DNA from: an uncultured Acidobacteriaceae bacterium | Lineage (GTDB): Bacteria; Acidobacteriota; Terriglobia; Terriglobales; Acidobacteriaceae | Direction: 5' to 3' | Assembly (NCBI GenBank): GCA_963775365.1 | Contig: CAVZJL010000054.1 | Span: 41,151-105,150, forward strand | Length of the DNA stretch: 64,000 nt | Shown here: positions 1-9,280 of the stretch, piece after piece | How the letters are laid out: every line of letters begins with the position of its first letter | Position numbering within the stretch: position 1 is the stretch's first letter | Notes under the pieces: model-generated | Told to the model about the DNA's origin: nothing | Seen by the model: the letters and a program-made list of their open reading frames with translations, nothing else | Databases searched by the model: none | Translations under genes and position numbers: made by a program

Positions 1-65
1 TCTGCTCTTTGCGCCATCACTCAAGGATACACAAGGAGCGGTGCTTCCGGGGGATGTTCCAGTGA

Positions 66-662
66 TCACCGGGCTCTCTTGCGGCGTTCCCAAACCAGCG
101 CGTCAAAGGTCTGACGGGTGATAAATCCGGTACGGAGATAGAGTGCAACCGCCTCGGTATTTTGCTGCGTGACAGTAAGCGTGAGCGCCTGGAACCCGGA
201 TCTGCGTAACGCGCTCGAGCAGTCGGCCAGGAGCCAAGCACCGAGACCGCGACGGCGGTACCGCTGGTTGACGCAGATCTGCGTCACGTGGCCTACGTCT
301 TCGCGTACGCGGGAGCAGAGTAGCAGAGCGGCAATCTCTTCGCGATTGCGATAGGCCAGGACGCGCGAAGCGGAAGCGTCGAACAGCCCACAACCCGGGA
401 AGCGGACGATGTTATGCAGAAACCGCAGCGAGCCCGAGACAGAGCGGTACTGATCGTTGATGATTCCGTCCAGATGGCCTTCGTAGGCGTGTGCTATGAG
501 GTGGCCGGCTGCGGCAAAATCGCTGTCTCGCCAGGCGCGTAATTCCAACTCCATCCAGAGCGCTCTCGGGCGGTTCTCCGAGCAAACTTGCGGTACTGAG
601 GTCAAGCTCCATAAATAGTCGTTCGTAGATTTGGAATCCGGCATTGCGCAGGATCTCCGCAT
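66..662 (-). CDS. GNAT family N-acetyltransferase (distal GNAT domain; may be fused with ORF 412..1056)
   Basis: 198-aa ORF; acetyl-CoA binding motif QICVNQRYRRRGLGAWLL and TVTQQNTEAVALYLRTGF; alternative in-frame ATG at 554 (MELELRAWRDSD). Confidence 0.7.
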   Translation of the reverse strand: MRRSCAMPDSKSTNDYLWSLTSVPQVCSENRPRALWMELELRAWRDSDFAAAGHLIAHAYEGHLDGIINDQYRSVSGSLRFLHNIVRFPGCGLFDASASRVLAYRNREEIAALLLCSRVREDVGHVTQICVNQRYRRRGLGAWLLADCSSALRRSGFQALTLTVTQQNTEAVALYLRTGFITRQTFDALVWERRKRAR

Positions 663-1056
663 GGGTGCCGTGCGGTCGCAGCAGCAGTTGCGATTCGATG
701 CGGTCCACCCCGGGAGAATGTTGCAGCAACTCGATCATATGTTCGAGCAAAGAGCGCTCGACATCCGCAGTCGACTGTGGATTGGCTGCGGACGGCATGG
801 CAAAAACGTCGCCAACCAGGGCCTTTTCATTCTCGTAAACACAAAAGACATAACCACAGATGCGGCCATTCTCGATGGCGACGTAGCCCGGCAGGAGACG
901 GGAGTCGAGGTATTGCAGCAGCAGATTGGCCGAAGCCTGAAAATCCCATCGCAGCCGCTCATTCCAGACACGGCTTTCCGCCTCCAGCACCGGCTTGAGG
1001 TTGCCGGCGGAGAAGTGGCGTAAATCGAGAATCTCCAGGTTTAGGGCGGGTGTCAT
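412..1056 (-). CDS. GNAT-like acetyltransferase domain protein (proximal domain)
   Basis: 214-aa ORF; sequence up to GFQIYERLFMELDL looks like a complete GNAT fold; last ~45 codons overlap 66..662 in another frame and look non-coding, so the 3' end is uncertain. Confidence 0.5.
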   Translation of the reverse strand: MTPALNLEILDLRHFSAGNLKPVLEAESRVWNERLRWDFQASANLLLQYLDSRLLPGYVAIENGRICGYVFCVYENEKALVGDVFAMPSAANPQSTADVERSLLEHMIELLQHSPGVDRIESQLLLRPHGTHAEILRNAGFQIYERLFMELDLSTASLLGEPPESALDGVGITRLARQRFCRSRPPHSTRLRRPSGRNHQRSVPLCLGLAAVSA

Positions 1057-1186
1057 TCCGTCCTATGATTGCCCATAATCCAAGTCTATTGCCGTGACCC
1101 GAAGCCTCGGCGTTTGAACAGGAGTGTACGGCACAAGCCCATCCTCTGGAAACCCACACCCTGAGAAAGCCGAACCGGCGTCTGCT

Positions 1187-3040
1187 TTAAGGTTTGGCGA
1201 AGACCTGGTAGACCGCAAGGTTTTGTGCCGGATAGGAAAAGAGCGGTTGGTACGATCGCCCAACCAGCAGAGTGTGCAATTGGCCGGCGTACGCTTCGCG
1301 GGTGATGAGTATGTGCTCTGCCGAAGGAATCCCGTCCTGCTCATAGTTGTCGACCAGGTGATTGCGGTAAAAAGAAAGGCCATATTCGACGTCGCGCCGT
1401 ACCTTGTACACGGCCACGCCTTCGTTAGGCCGTTCAATCTGGCTGATGATGGCGGCCAGCGGCCGGGCCGAGTAGGCTGCGTCCAGCAAACGGATGTTCT
1501 TCTTGGTGGCAGTGATAGCCGGCAGGCCAAAGAACGGGCCGACCCCGAAGATGAATAACAACATGACGACCAGCGGGACCATGGTGGCGATGCGCAGGCG
1601 TGCTACCCCAAAGCGGGCGACGACGACCAGGATGAGCAGCGCGGCAGCCAAACCGCTGGAAATCGCCGGCAGCAAAATACCAACGGGTGGTCTCCCCCCT
1701 GGGTGGGTGATACGCCATGGCAGCAGCAGCAAAAGGATGATGGTGACCGCGGACAGCAGAGCATGCAGCAGCAGCAGCCATAGGTTCAGGCCCTTCTGGC
1801 GTATGCGGTTGATGTAATCCCCGGTCAAAATGGTGAGCGGCGGAATCGAAGGCAGGATGTAGCCCGGTAGCTTGGAGTGGGAAAGTGAAAAAATGATGAT
1901 CGGGAAAAGCGTCCACAGGACCAGGAATTCCGGAAAGGCGTCGCCCCAGCGGCTATGACCCACGTAATGGTGTTTGGTCAGGCGCGCCCGCCACTCTGCA
2001 ATCGATTGCCGAACCGCTTCCGCCAGGGCGCGCATAGCGATGACCGACCAAGGCATAAGCGCGAGCAGCATGATGGGGATGTAGTACCAAAATGGCTGCT
2101 CGTGCATGTATCGGTTGGTGGCGAACCGCTCCAGGTTATGTTCCAGGAAGAAAATGCGGAGAAAATCGGGATTACGCCGCTGTACGGCGATGTACCACGG
2201 CAACACCATGGCGAAATAGAGAATTACCCCGGGGATCCAGACGGTGCGGCGCAGCAGGGACCACTCGCGTCGCAGGGCGGCGAAGGTGAAAATGATGGCC
2301 ACTGCCATAACGGGGGCCACGGGACCTTTGGCGAGCGTAGCCACGCCGACGAAGAAGTACAGATCGAAGAGCCAGAACTTCCTATCCGTCTCGTACCAGG
2401 CATACCAGCCGAGCATGCCGATGCAAAACGGAGCGGCCAGCTGCATATCGGTTGAGGCGCCACGAGCGAAGCCGACGATGCCGGCGCAGGAGGCAGTAAT
2501 TAATGCAGCATCCAACTGACTCCCTGGCCGGAAGCGGCGGAGGTGCAGGTAGATCAGCGCTACCAGGATGAAAGCAAAACTGGCCGAGGGAAGACGCGCC
2601 GACCAGTCGTGCACCCCAAACTCGAGGAAGGCGAACATGGCGCGCCAGTAGTAGAGGGCGGGCTTCTCCAGCCAGGGATGGCCCTATAGCACCGGCGTTA
2701 CATAGTCATGGCGGGTGAGCATCTCGCGGGCGATTTGTGCATACCTGGGCTCATCGGCGCCCACCAGGCCAAGGCCATCTCCGCCGAAAACGGGCACCAA
2801 TCCATAGAACAGGAAAAAAGGGGTAAAAACGAAAAGGCTGATGGCCTCCAGAGTGTCCCGCAGGCCGGGAAAACGATCTTCCAACGTCTTCAGACCGATG
2901 GCCGGCCGATGAAGTTCTCGAGGCGTTCCCAGCATTGCTTTTTTCTCAACCATCGATTCTGCCAGGGAGTGGAACCACGACTCCACGGGTTGCAGCAAGG
3001 CCACGGTTATAAAGAGGAATGCAAAAAAGGGAACCGTCAC
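1187..3040 (-). pseudogene. ArnT/PMT-like (GT-C, GT39/GT83-type) membrane glycosyltransferase interrupted by an in-frame TAG at 2684..2686
   Basis: ORFs 2684..3040 and 1187..2638 are in the same frame; joined translation EPRYAQIAREMLTRHDYVTPVL*GHPWLEKPALYYWRAMFAFLEFG recreates the conserved N-terminal loop of this family; many hydrophobic segments follow. Confidence 0.75.
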
Positions 3041-3139
3041 ATTGAACTACGGCCACAAGGCTATCAGATTCATCGCTAAGGCGAGAGGAGAGCCCGCTGC
3101 CACATGAAACATCACGAAAAAACGGGGCGTAAGCTTCTC

Positions 3140-4117
3140 TCACGCGAGGAAGGAGGCAGCATCCGCCATCGCGGTGCGGAGATATTGAAGAATCCGTTCC
3201 CTGGCCTCTGGCAGGGGGCCGTCCAGGGTACAACCGCTGGCATTTTCGTGACCGCCGCCACCAAATCTCTCTGCGATGGTGGCCACATTCACTCGTCCCT
3301 TGCTGCGCAGGCTGAGACGGACACGATGGTCGCGTAGTTCGCGCAGGAAGACAGCCACTTCTATCCCACGAATGCCAATGGCATAGTTGACGATTCCTTC
3401 GCAGTCCTCCTCCGCCGCGCCGGTGCGATCCATGTCGCTCTCAGTGACCCAAAGCCAGGCGAGGCCCCCATCGTGCTGCAGGTTGGCTAGCGCGGCGCCG
3501 AGCAAAAGTATCTTTGCAGCCGGGTTGGAGAAGTAGACCTCCTGCGCGATGAGTACCGGGTCGGCTCCCTGGCGAACCAGGTTGCGGGCCAGTTCAAAGG
3601 TGTTTGCGTCGGTACCCTCATAGCAGAAGGAGCCGGTGTCGGAAAGAACGGCGGTGTAGAGGCAGGTGGCCATATCTGGTGTAATCTCAACCCCAGCCGC
3701 GCCCACGAGCTGGTAGACCAGCTCTGCCACTGCGCAGGCGTTGCTGTCGATCCAGTTCACTTGAGCGAAAGCACGGCCACTGGTGTGGTGGTCGATATTG
3801 ATCAACAGCCGGTTCTCCAGTCCATCCAGGCGTGTTCGCTCGATACCATCGCATTCCAACAGGATGACGGTGTCGTAGTCGCCTTCCACGCGACTCCAGT
3901 GCCGAATCTGCGCGGCGCAAGGCAGTGACCGGTAAATGCAGGGCACCCGGTCGCTCAGCGCCATGTCGGCCCTCTTGCCCATGCCCTGCAGCATCATCCA
4001 GCAGGCGAGCAGGCCGCCAACCGCATCCCCATCAGGACGCGCATGCGCGGTCACCAGCAGGTGTTCGGCTCTGGCGATGGAGTTGAGCACCGCGTCGATA
4101 ACTGGAGTGGATTGCAT
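3140..4117 (-). CDS. nrnA: DHH/DHHA1 phosphoesterase, NrnA-like oligoribonuclease/pAp phosphatase
   Basis: 325 aa; HARPDGDAVGG, NIDHHTSG and GGGHENASG motifs; located next to rbfA as in many bacteria. Confidence 0.8.
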   Translation of the reverse strand: MQSTPVIDAVLNSIARAEHLLVTAHARPDGDAVGGLLACWMMLQGMGKRADMALSDRVPCIYRSLPCAAQIRHWSRVEGDYDTVILLECDGIERTRLDGLENRLLINIDHHTSGRAFAQVNWIDSNACAVAELVYQLVGAAGVEITPDMATCLYTAVLSDTGSFCYEGTDANTFELARNLVRQGADPVLIAQEVYFSNPAAKILLLGAALANLQHDGGLAWLWVTESDMDRTGAAEEDCEGIVNYAIGIRGIEVAVFLRELRDHRVRLSLRSKGRVNVATIAERFGGGGHENASGCTLDGPLPEARERILQYLRTAMADAASFLA

Positions 4118-4144
4118 GACAAAACAGCCGGTCGGAGGCTGCTG

Positions 4145-4564
4145 CTACTCCTTGGATGTTGCGGCTGCCTGAGGCTTTGGGGGAGTCTCCGGCGCGTCCG
4201 CCTTCTGATTTTTTTTATTGCGCCCCAGCAGCTCGTCGATGCGCAACTTGAGATGCTTGGATTTGTCGATCTGAAACGACAGCTCAGGAACGTGGCGCAC
4301 GCCCATTCGCTCCAGCAATTCATGGCGGATGAAGCCTCGGGCTGCAGTCAGCGCCTCGCGTGTTTTCTCTTCCTCCGTTTCGCCGCCATCGACGGCGATG
4401 TAGACCCGCGCGGACTTGCCGCCCGGATTGATTACCACTTCACTGACATAGGCGAAGCTGATGCGGGGGTCTGCGAGTTCGCCTACGATCATGCCGCTGA
4501 TCTCTTCGCGCAGCGTCTCCGCGACGCGGTCGCGATGGTACTTTCGTGCCCTTGGTTCCACCAT
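4145..4564 (-). CDS. rbfA: ribosome-binding factor A
   Basis: 139 aa; RVAETLREEISGMIVGELADPRISFAYVSEVVINPGGKSARVYI is the typical RbfA KH-like core. Confidence 0.9.
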   Translation of the reverse strand: MVEPRARKYHRDRVAETLREEISGMIVGELADPRISFAYVSEVVINPGGKSARVYIAVDGGETEEEKTREALTAARGFIRHELLERMGVRHVPELSFQIDKSKHLKLRIDELLGRNKKNQKADAPETPPKPQAAATSKE

Positions 4565-4827
4565 GGAAATAGTCCTTAGCTAAACCTTTTAGACTATCAG
4601 AAAACCCCAAAGCGGTTCGCAATTGGTGTAGAGCGAACCGGGATTTCCTGTAGATGTTGTTGGGGCGAGCGAACTGCATGCGATTTTCCTCGAAGAAAGT
4701 CGCACATCGTTGTTCTCGGCCCGTGCTGCGCTCAAAGGAGATCCCGGAAGCCAGAGCGCTTTCGTGGTTTCTCCCAAGGAAAACCACACCTCGCGAACTT
4801 AACAGGCCACGTAATCGCAAAACCGCT

Positions 4828-5136
4828 TTAATCCTCAGATTCCTCCTCGAGGAAGCTGCACCACGAGTCGGCCACCTGGGCGCCCAGGTCATTGGCGATG
4901 CGGACGGCAGCATTCTCCACCTGCCGCATAAGGCCGGAAAGATAGTCTCGCGAGCTTGAGATCGCCGTGACACCGATGGTTGCCGACTGCCAGGTGACTG
5001 CCTCGTCCAACTCGGCCACCGAAATATTAAAGCCATGGCGAAGCTTCTCCTTGAGGCTGCGGACAACTTGCCGGCGGTCTTTCAGGGAATGAGCGTGCTC
5101 GATGCGCAATTCAATCGTGAGCGAAATAATGGCCAT
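4828..5136 (-). CDS. DUF503 (YlxP-like) protein
   Basis: 102 aa; LTIELRIEHAHSLKDRRQVVRSLKEKLRHGFNISVAELDE matches the DUF503 pattern usually found beside infB/rbfA. Confidence 0.75.
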   Translation of the reverse strand: MAIISLTIELRIEHAHSLKDRRQVVRSLKEKLRHGFNISVAELDEAVTWQSATIGVTAISSSRDYLSGLMRQVENAAVRIANDLGAQVADSWCSFLEEESED

Positions 5137-5148
5137 CGCGATCTATTG

Positions 5149-6228
5149 TCAATTACCAGCCACCAGCGCTGCTTTCGCGGCAGTGACAAACTCAGCCGGC
5201 TTCATTGAGGCGAGCGAGCTGCATTGAATCAGCCCTTTGCGGCATGGGCTATTGCCTCGCAGTTGCAGGCAGGGCGAACACTCCGGCGGGTGGAAGAGGC
5301 TGCAGCTGGCTGGGCCAGTTGGCTGGAAGCGGTGCGGATGCGCTGGCCCGAAATAACCGATGGCCGGCACGCCGTAAAATGAAGCCAGGTGAAGGGCAAA
5401 ACTATCGGGGGCGATCACCAGGTCTGCAGCCGAGACTTTGTCGAAGAGCTGCTTGACGGACCCTTGGCCGTACGCGACGACTCGCGCCTCGGACGCGAAT
5501 TCCTTCACTGCGCCCGCCGCGCCGTGGACCACAATCGTATGTCCAGGGAAAGCACCCAGCAGGTCACCGATAATGCCCGCCCATTGCTGATCCGTGAGCT
5601 GCCTTGCCTGCCAACCGGCTTCGGCCGCGCAATAGATATAAGGTGGGTCCCGCCGCATGGCTAATGGGGATGCGTAATGGCTGCGATACGAAGCAAGCGG
5701 CCGGCCCTCTCCTTGCTGGTCCAGTAGCTCGAGTTCCACTTCTGCGTCGTGCTTGTCTTCCGGTCGGCGAATTCGCCCGGGCCGGTAAACGGCCTTCACC
5801 AGCGCCGACAGCCACGGCCGAACACTTTTCCATTCGAAAAAACCACCCTCTGCGTAGAGAAGGCTAAGCCCCTGGATCCACCCTGTCTTCCGCTTGCCAC
5901 GCACCACCAGGGAGAGAACCAACGTGGTGCGGCTGTCATCGAGCGCGAAGACCAGATCCGCCCGTGGGATACTGAAGAGCGCGCCGACTACCCGATGCTT
6001 TTTGTCTCCATGGTCGACGACCACAAGCTTTAGGCGCGAGTCTAGCAGGGGATAGACCAGTCCGCCCTTACGGTTGGTGACCATGGTAATTTCAGCATTC
6101 GGATACAGCCGGAAGAGCTCAAACAGAAAAGGAGCCTTCAGCACGTAATCGCCAAAGGTACGAAAGCTCAGCAAGGTAATGTGCTGGATGGGCATGCTAA
6201 AGTTTGCGCGAGAACTATACTGCTCCAA
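5149..6228 (-). CDS. glycosyltransferase family 9 (heptosyltransferase-like)
   Basis: 359 aa; N-terminal ITLLSFRTFGDYVLKAPFLFELFRLYPNAEITMV and C-terminal APDSFALHLASFYGVPAIGYFGP are GT9-like; start could be the internal ATG at 6195. Confidence 0.7.
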   Translation of the reverse strand: MEQYSSRANFSMPIQHITLLSFRTFGDYVLKAPFLFELFRLYPNAEITMVTNRKGGLVYPLLDSRLKLVVVDHGDKKHRVVGALFSIPRADLVFALDDSRTTLVLSLVVRGKRKTGWIQGLSLLYAEGGFFEWKSVRPWLSALVKAVYRPGRIRRPEDKHDAEVELELLDQQGEGRPLASYRSHYASPLAMRRDPPYIYCAAEAGWQARQLTDQQWAGIIGDLLGAFPGHTIVVHGAAGAVKEFASEARVVAYGQGSVKQLFDKVSAADLVIAPDSFALHLASFYGVPAIGYFGPAHPHRFQPTGPASCSLFHPPECSPCLQLRGNSPCRKGLIQCSSLASMKPAEFVTAAKAALVAGN

Positions 6229-6415
6229 ATTGAGTCCTGTAGGGACGGCTGAAAATTCCCACGATGCAATCCTGGGTACTTCTACCTCCGAAATAGGTTT
6301 CGCGCTTCGCAGCAGCCAAACCCAGAACTACTATCAATCGTCCTTCGCGACTCAGTTTGGAGAAGTAGTTCTCTTGCCGACTCTGCTGCAGCCCCGCTGA
6401 TTATATCGTTGAGCA

Positions 6416-6979
6416 ATGACCATAAATCGCCGCCTGGTGCGTTACGTCTTCCTCGATCGCGATGGGGTGTTGAACCGCAAGGCGCCTGAGGGCGCCTACG
6501 TCACTAGCTGGGAGCAATTTCAATGGCAACCGGGCGCAGAGGAGGCGATCGCCAGAATGAACCGCGCTGGCCTGACGGTGGTGCTGGTCACCAATCAGCG
6601 AGGCATCGCATTAGGCCTCTATACGGAAGCCCAATTGGAACTGATTCACAGCAACATGCAAACTCACCTGGCACTTCACGGCGCGCGGCTGGACGCGATT
6701 TATTACTGTCCTCACGATATTGGGCAATGCCAATGTCGAAAACCAGACGTTGGGCTCTTTACCCAGGCATGCAAAGATTTTCCGCAAGCCGCCGCCCACA
6801 ACAGCGTGGTCATCGGCGATTCCCTTTCAGACATCCAAGCCGGAAAGCAAATGGGTATGAAAACCATTTTTATCCAAGGCGAAGCCGAACGTCAGAAAGC
6901 CGGAGCTGACGTTGCCGCAAACACCGCTGACGCGGCCGCTGACTCTCTGCTGCAAGCGGTCGAACTGATCTCGGACTAA
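6416..6979 (+). CDS. gmhB: D-glycero-beta-D-manno-heptose-1,7-bisphosphate 7-phosphatase (HAD-IIIA)
   Basis: 187 aa; FLDRDGVLN, VTNQRGIA, YYCPHD..CQCRKP zinc-loop and GDSLSDIQAG motifs; divergent from the GT9 gene. Confidence 0.8.
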   Translation: MTINRRLVRYVFLDRDGVLNRKAPEGAYVTSWEQFQWQPGAEEAIARMNRAGLTVVLVTNQRGIALGLYTEAQLELIHSNMQTHLALHGARLDAIYYCPHDIGQCQCRKPDVGLFTQACKDFPQAAAHNSVVIGDSLSDIQAGKQMGMKTIFIQGEAERQKAGADVAANTADAAADSLLQAVELISD

Positions 6980-7036
6980 TCGCCTAACCCATCCATCAAA
7001 TTCGGGTCGGTTCCAAACCACAGGGGTTACACCGAA

Positions 7037-7903
7037 TCAGTTTCTTCGGCGATCACTGGCGGCCCGCAGGACCTGATCAATCGAGTCGTGAAACCTCGTG
7101 GGAAACCCAAAATAGTTCGACGTGTGTGGTTCGGGCTCTTCCGTCAGGCGGTCGCCGTCGACAAATTTGTATCCCAGCCCCTCTAGAGGCTTTAAGCAGG
7201 CACGATCTGAGTGGAAGCATTCAACAAACAGCAGCGGCTGATCTGAGGAGATCGTTTTCTGTGCACCACGCAACACGGCTGCCTCATGACCCTCTACATC
7301 AATCTTGATAAAGTCGATGCACGACCGGCGCGAGCGTTCCTCGTCGATGGTAATCAGCGAAATTGGGACTCGCTCTGACTGAACTCCCCAGTGCTGCTCT
7401 TCGAAGGTTTGTTCTGCGGCATCGTCGAGCGTTGAAGTCGCACCCGCCTCGGAATCGACACGCAATACGCCCTGGCCTTTGGAATCGCTCGCTCCTGCTG
7501 CGATTAACTCCACATCTGAGAAATGGTTTCTCTCTAACGTCTTTCGCACCAGATCCGCGTTGGACGGAGACGCCTCGATCAAGACTGCACGCATAGCAGG
7601 GAACGAGGATTTGAGTAGCCAGGTGTAGAAGCCAATGTTGGCGCCTACGTCCCAAAAAGACTTTAAATCGAGGGAATCAACACAGGTGAGCGCGAGGGCC
7701 TCTGCCGCTGGCTCATTGGATCCAACAGCGGAAAAGGCCAACCCGTGAGTGACCAGGCGCCCGCGAACTTTAAAACCAATTCCAGGAATTGAGAGCCATG
7801 TTGGCGTATCTGCAAGCCGGATTAACCATCGCCCCATAGCGGACTTGCGCATGTAGTACAGCGGGTGGAAGAGGTCCCGCAAGATTTGCAACGGGTTGCG
7901 CAT
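7037..7903 (-). CDS. FkbM family methyltransferase
   Basis: 288 aa; FWDVGANIGFYT SAM-binding motif and IDFIKIDVEGHEAAVLRGA signature. Confidence 0.75.
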   Translation of the reverse strand: MRNPLQILRDLFHPLYYMRKSAMGRWLIRLADTPTWLSIPGIGFKVRGRLVTHGLAFSAVGSNEPAAEALALTCVDSLDLKSFWDVGANIGFYTWLLKSSFPAMRAVLIEASPSNADLVRKTLERNHFSDVELIAAGASDSKGQGVLRVDSEAGATSTLDDAAEQTFEEQHWGVQSERVPISLITIDEERSRRSCIDFIKIDVEGHEAAVLRGAQKTISSDQPLLFVECFHSDRACLKPLEGLGYKFVDGDRLTEEPEPHTSNYFGFPTRFHDSIDQVLRAASDRRRN

Positions 7904-8032
7904 ATGCTACGTATAGCAGGGTTTGTATTCCAGTAGCGGACGCGGCACTACTGCATGAACATGGTCGTTCACTATGGAGGCCACCGCTTTCGGTGGATGG
8001 GTTAGCCATGCCCCTCTGGTTGGGTGTCAGAA

Positions 8033-9277
8033 CTATCGTGCAAAGGAAGCTTCGACGGCTTCCTGCAAGTATTCCGCGACCTGGTACCCGTAACGAGTCC
8101 AGGTGTAGTGTTCGGTGACTGTTGTCATTGCATTTTTGCCTAACTGCTCGCGCAGACCTTCCTGCGAGGAGAGCTGGCAGATGGCTTCGGCGAGGGCGTC
8201 AGAGTCGTTTACGGGTACATAGACTGCGCTCTTTCCGTGCTCCAGCGGCAGTCCGCAATTCTCTGTCGTAATGATGGGCAGACCTGCGGCAGCAGCCTCC
8301 ATTCCCGAGCGTGAGGAACCCTCGGCAAACGTGGGAAAGACGAATAGGTCTGCGCGGGCGAAGGCCGCGGCGACCTGGTGGGGAGGGGCAAAAGCGGTGT
8401 GGGTAAAAAATTGGTCATCACCCGGTTGCAGGCAAGACGCTCCATTGCCCAGATTACCCATCAACTCCAGGCGCAGGTCGAGCCCGGACCGGCGGCCGCT
8501 ACGAATCGCCTCCAGCAAGAGCCGCACTCCCTTGCGAATATCGAAGTTCCCGGTAAACAGAATTTTCACCGGCCCGTCGATGCGGTAATCACGCTTCAGG
8601 TCAAAGAACTCCTCCCGTACTCCGAGGTAGGCCACACGGACTTTTTCCGCGGGGTAGCCCTCTTCGACAAAAGTTTGCTTCACGAAGTCGGAATTGACCA
8701 ACAGCAGGTCAGCCTCGGCGCAATCACGCAACACCAGCTTCCACAGGTCCGCCCGCGGATCGTAACCGGCGGGTAGACCGAAGCGCGCAAATTCTTCCCT
8801 AAGCGCCCGGTGCATGAAGGCCGGATGGGCAATGGAGTGGTCGGTGACAACCGCCAGGCCGTTCCGGCGAGCTCTACTGATAGCACCGGATTGGCCCGCT
8901 CCGCTGCGTACCAGCAGCACATCGGCATCCTTCAGATGTTTCCGGCTGCCCCAGGCCGCAAGACGGAACTCCATGCCATAGGCGAGGTCGAGAGGGATCA
9001 CTCCGGTGCGTTGGAACAATCGAATGCCAGTTCCGCCAAACTCGACCCAGGCAACCGGAGTGACGGAAACACCTGGAATTCTGATCTGCCGGGCGGCCAT
9101 GCGCGCAGCCAGGTTCCGCTCTCCCAGAAATTTTCCCAGGAGCTCTACCAGGGCGGTTTGATTGTCCTTGGGTACCCAGCCGGTGAGGAAATTGACTTCT
9201 ACCCCGGCAGCGGCCAGGGCGCGGGCTGTTTCGTGAAAGTGGAGCTTGCCGAATCCCGTGGCAACAATTGCTTTCAA
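8033..9277 (-). CDS. glycosyltransferase family 4 (GT-B)
   Basis: 414 aa; C-terminal FVFPTFAEGSSRSGMEAAAAGLPIITT (EX7E-type motif). Confidence 0.8.
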   Translation of the reverse strand: MKAIVATGFGKLHFHETARALAAAGVEVNFLTGWVPKDNQTALVELLGKFLGERNLAARMAARQIRIPGVSVTPVAWVEFGGTGIRLFQRTGVIPLDLAYGMEFRLAAWGSRKHLKDADVLLVRSGAGQSGAISRARRNGLAVVTDHSIAHPAFMHRALREEFARFGLPAGYDPRADLWKLVLRDCAEADLLLVNSDFVKQTFVEEGYPAEKVRVAYLGVREEFFDLKRDYRIDGPVKILFTGNFDIRKGVRLLLEAIRSGRRSGLDLRLELMGNLGNGASCLQPGDDQFFTHTAFAPPHQVAAAFARADLFVFPTFAEGSSRSGMEAAAAGLPIITTENCGLPLEHGKSAVYVPVNDSDALAEAICQLSSQEGLREQLGKNAMTTVTEHYTWTRYGYQVAEYLQEAVEASFAR

Positions 9278-9280
9278 ACG

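Noticed and set aside
2684-2686. TAG as a recoded codon (pyrrolysine or programmed readthrough)
   Set aside because: It is a single occurrence, there are no pyl genes or recoding signals in view, and TAG is used as a normal stop elsewhere in this window. A point mutation or base-call error is far more likely.
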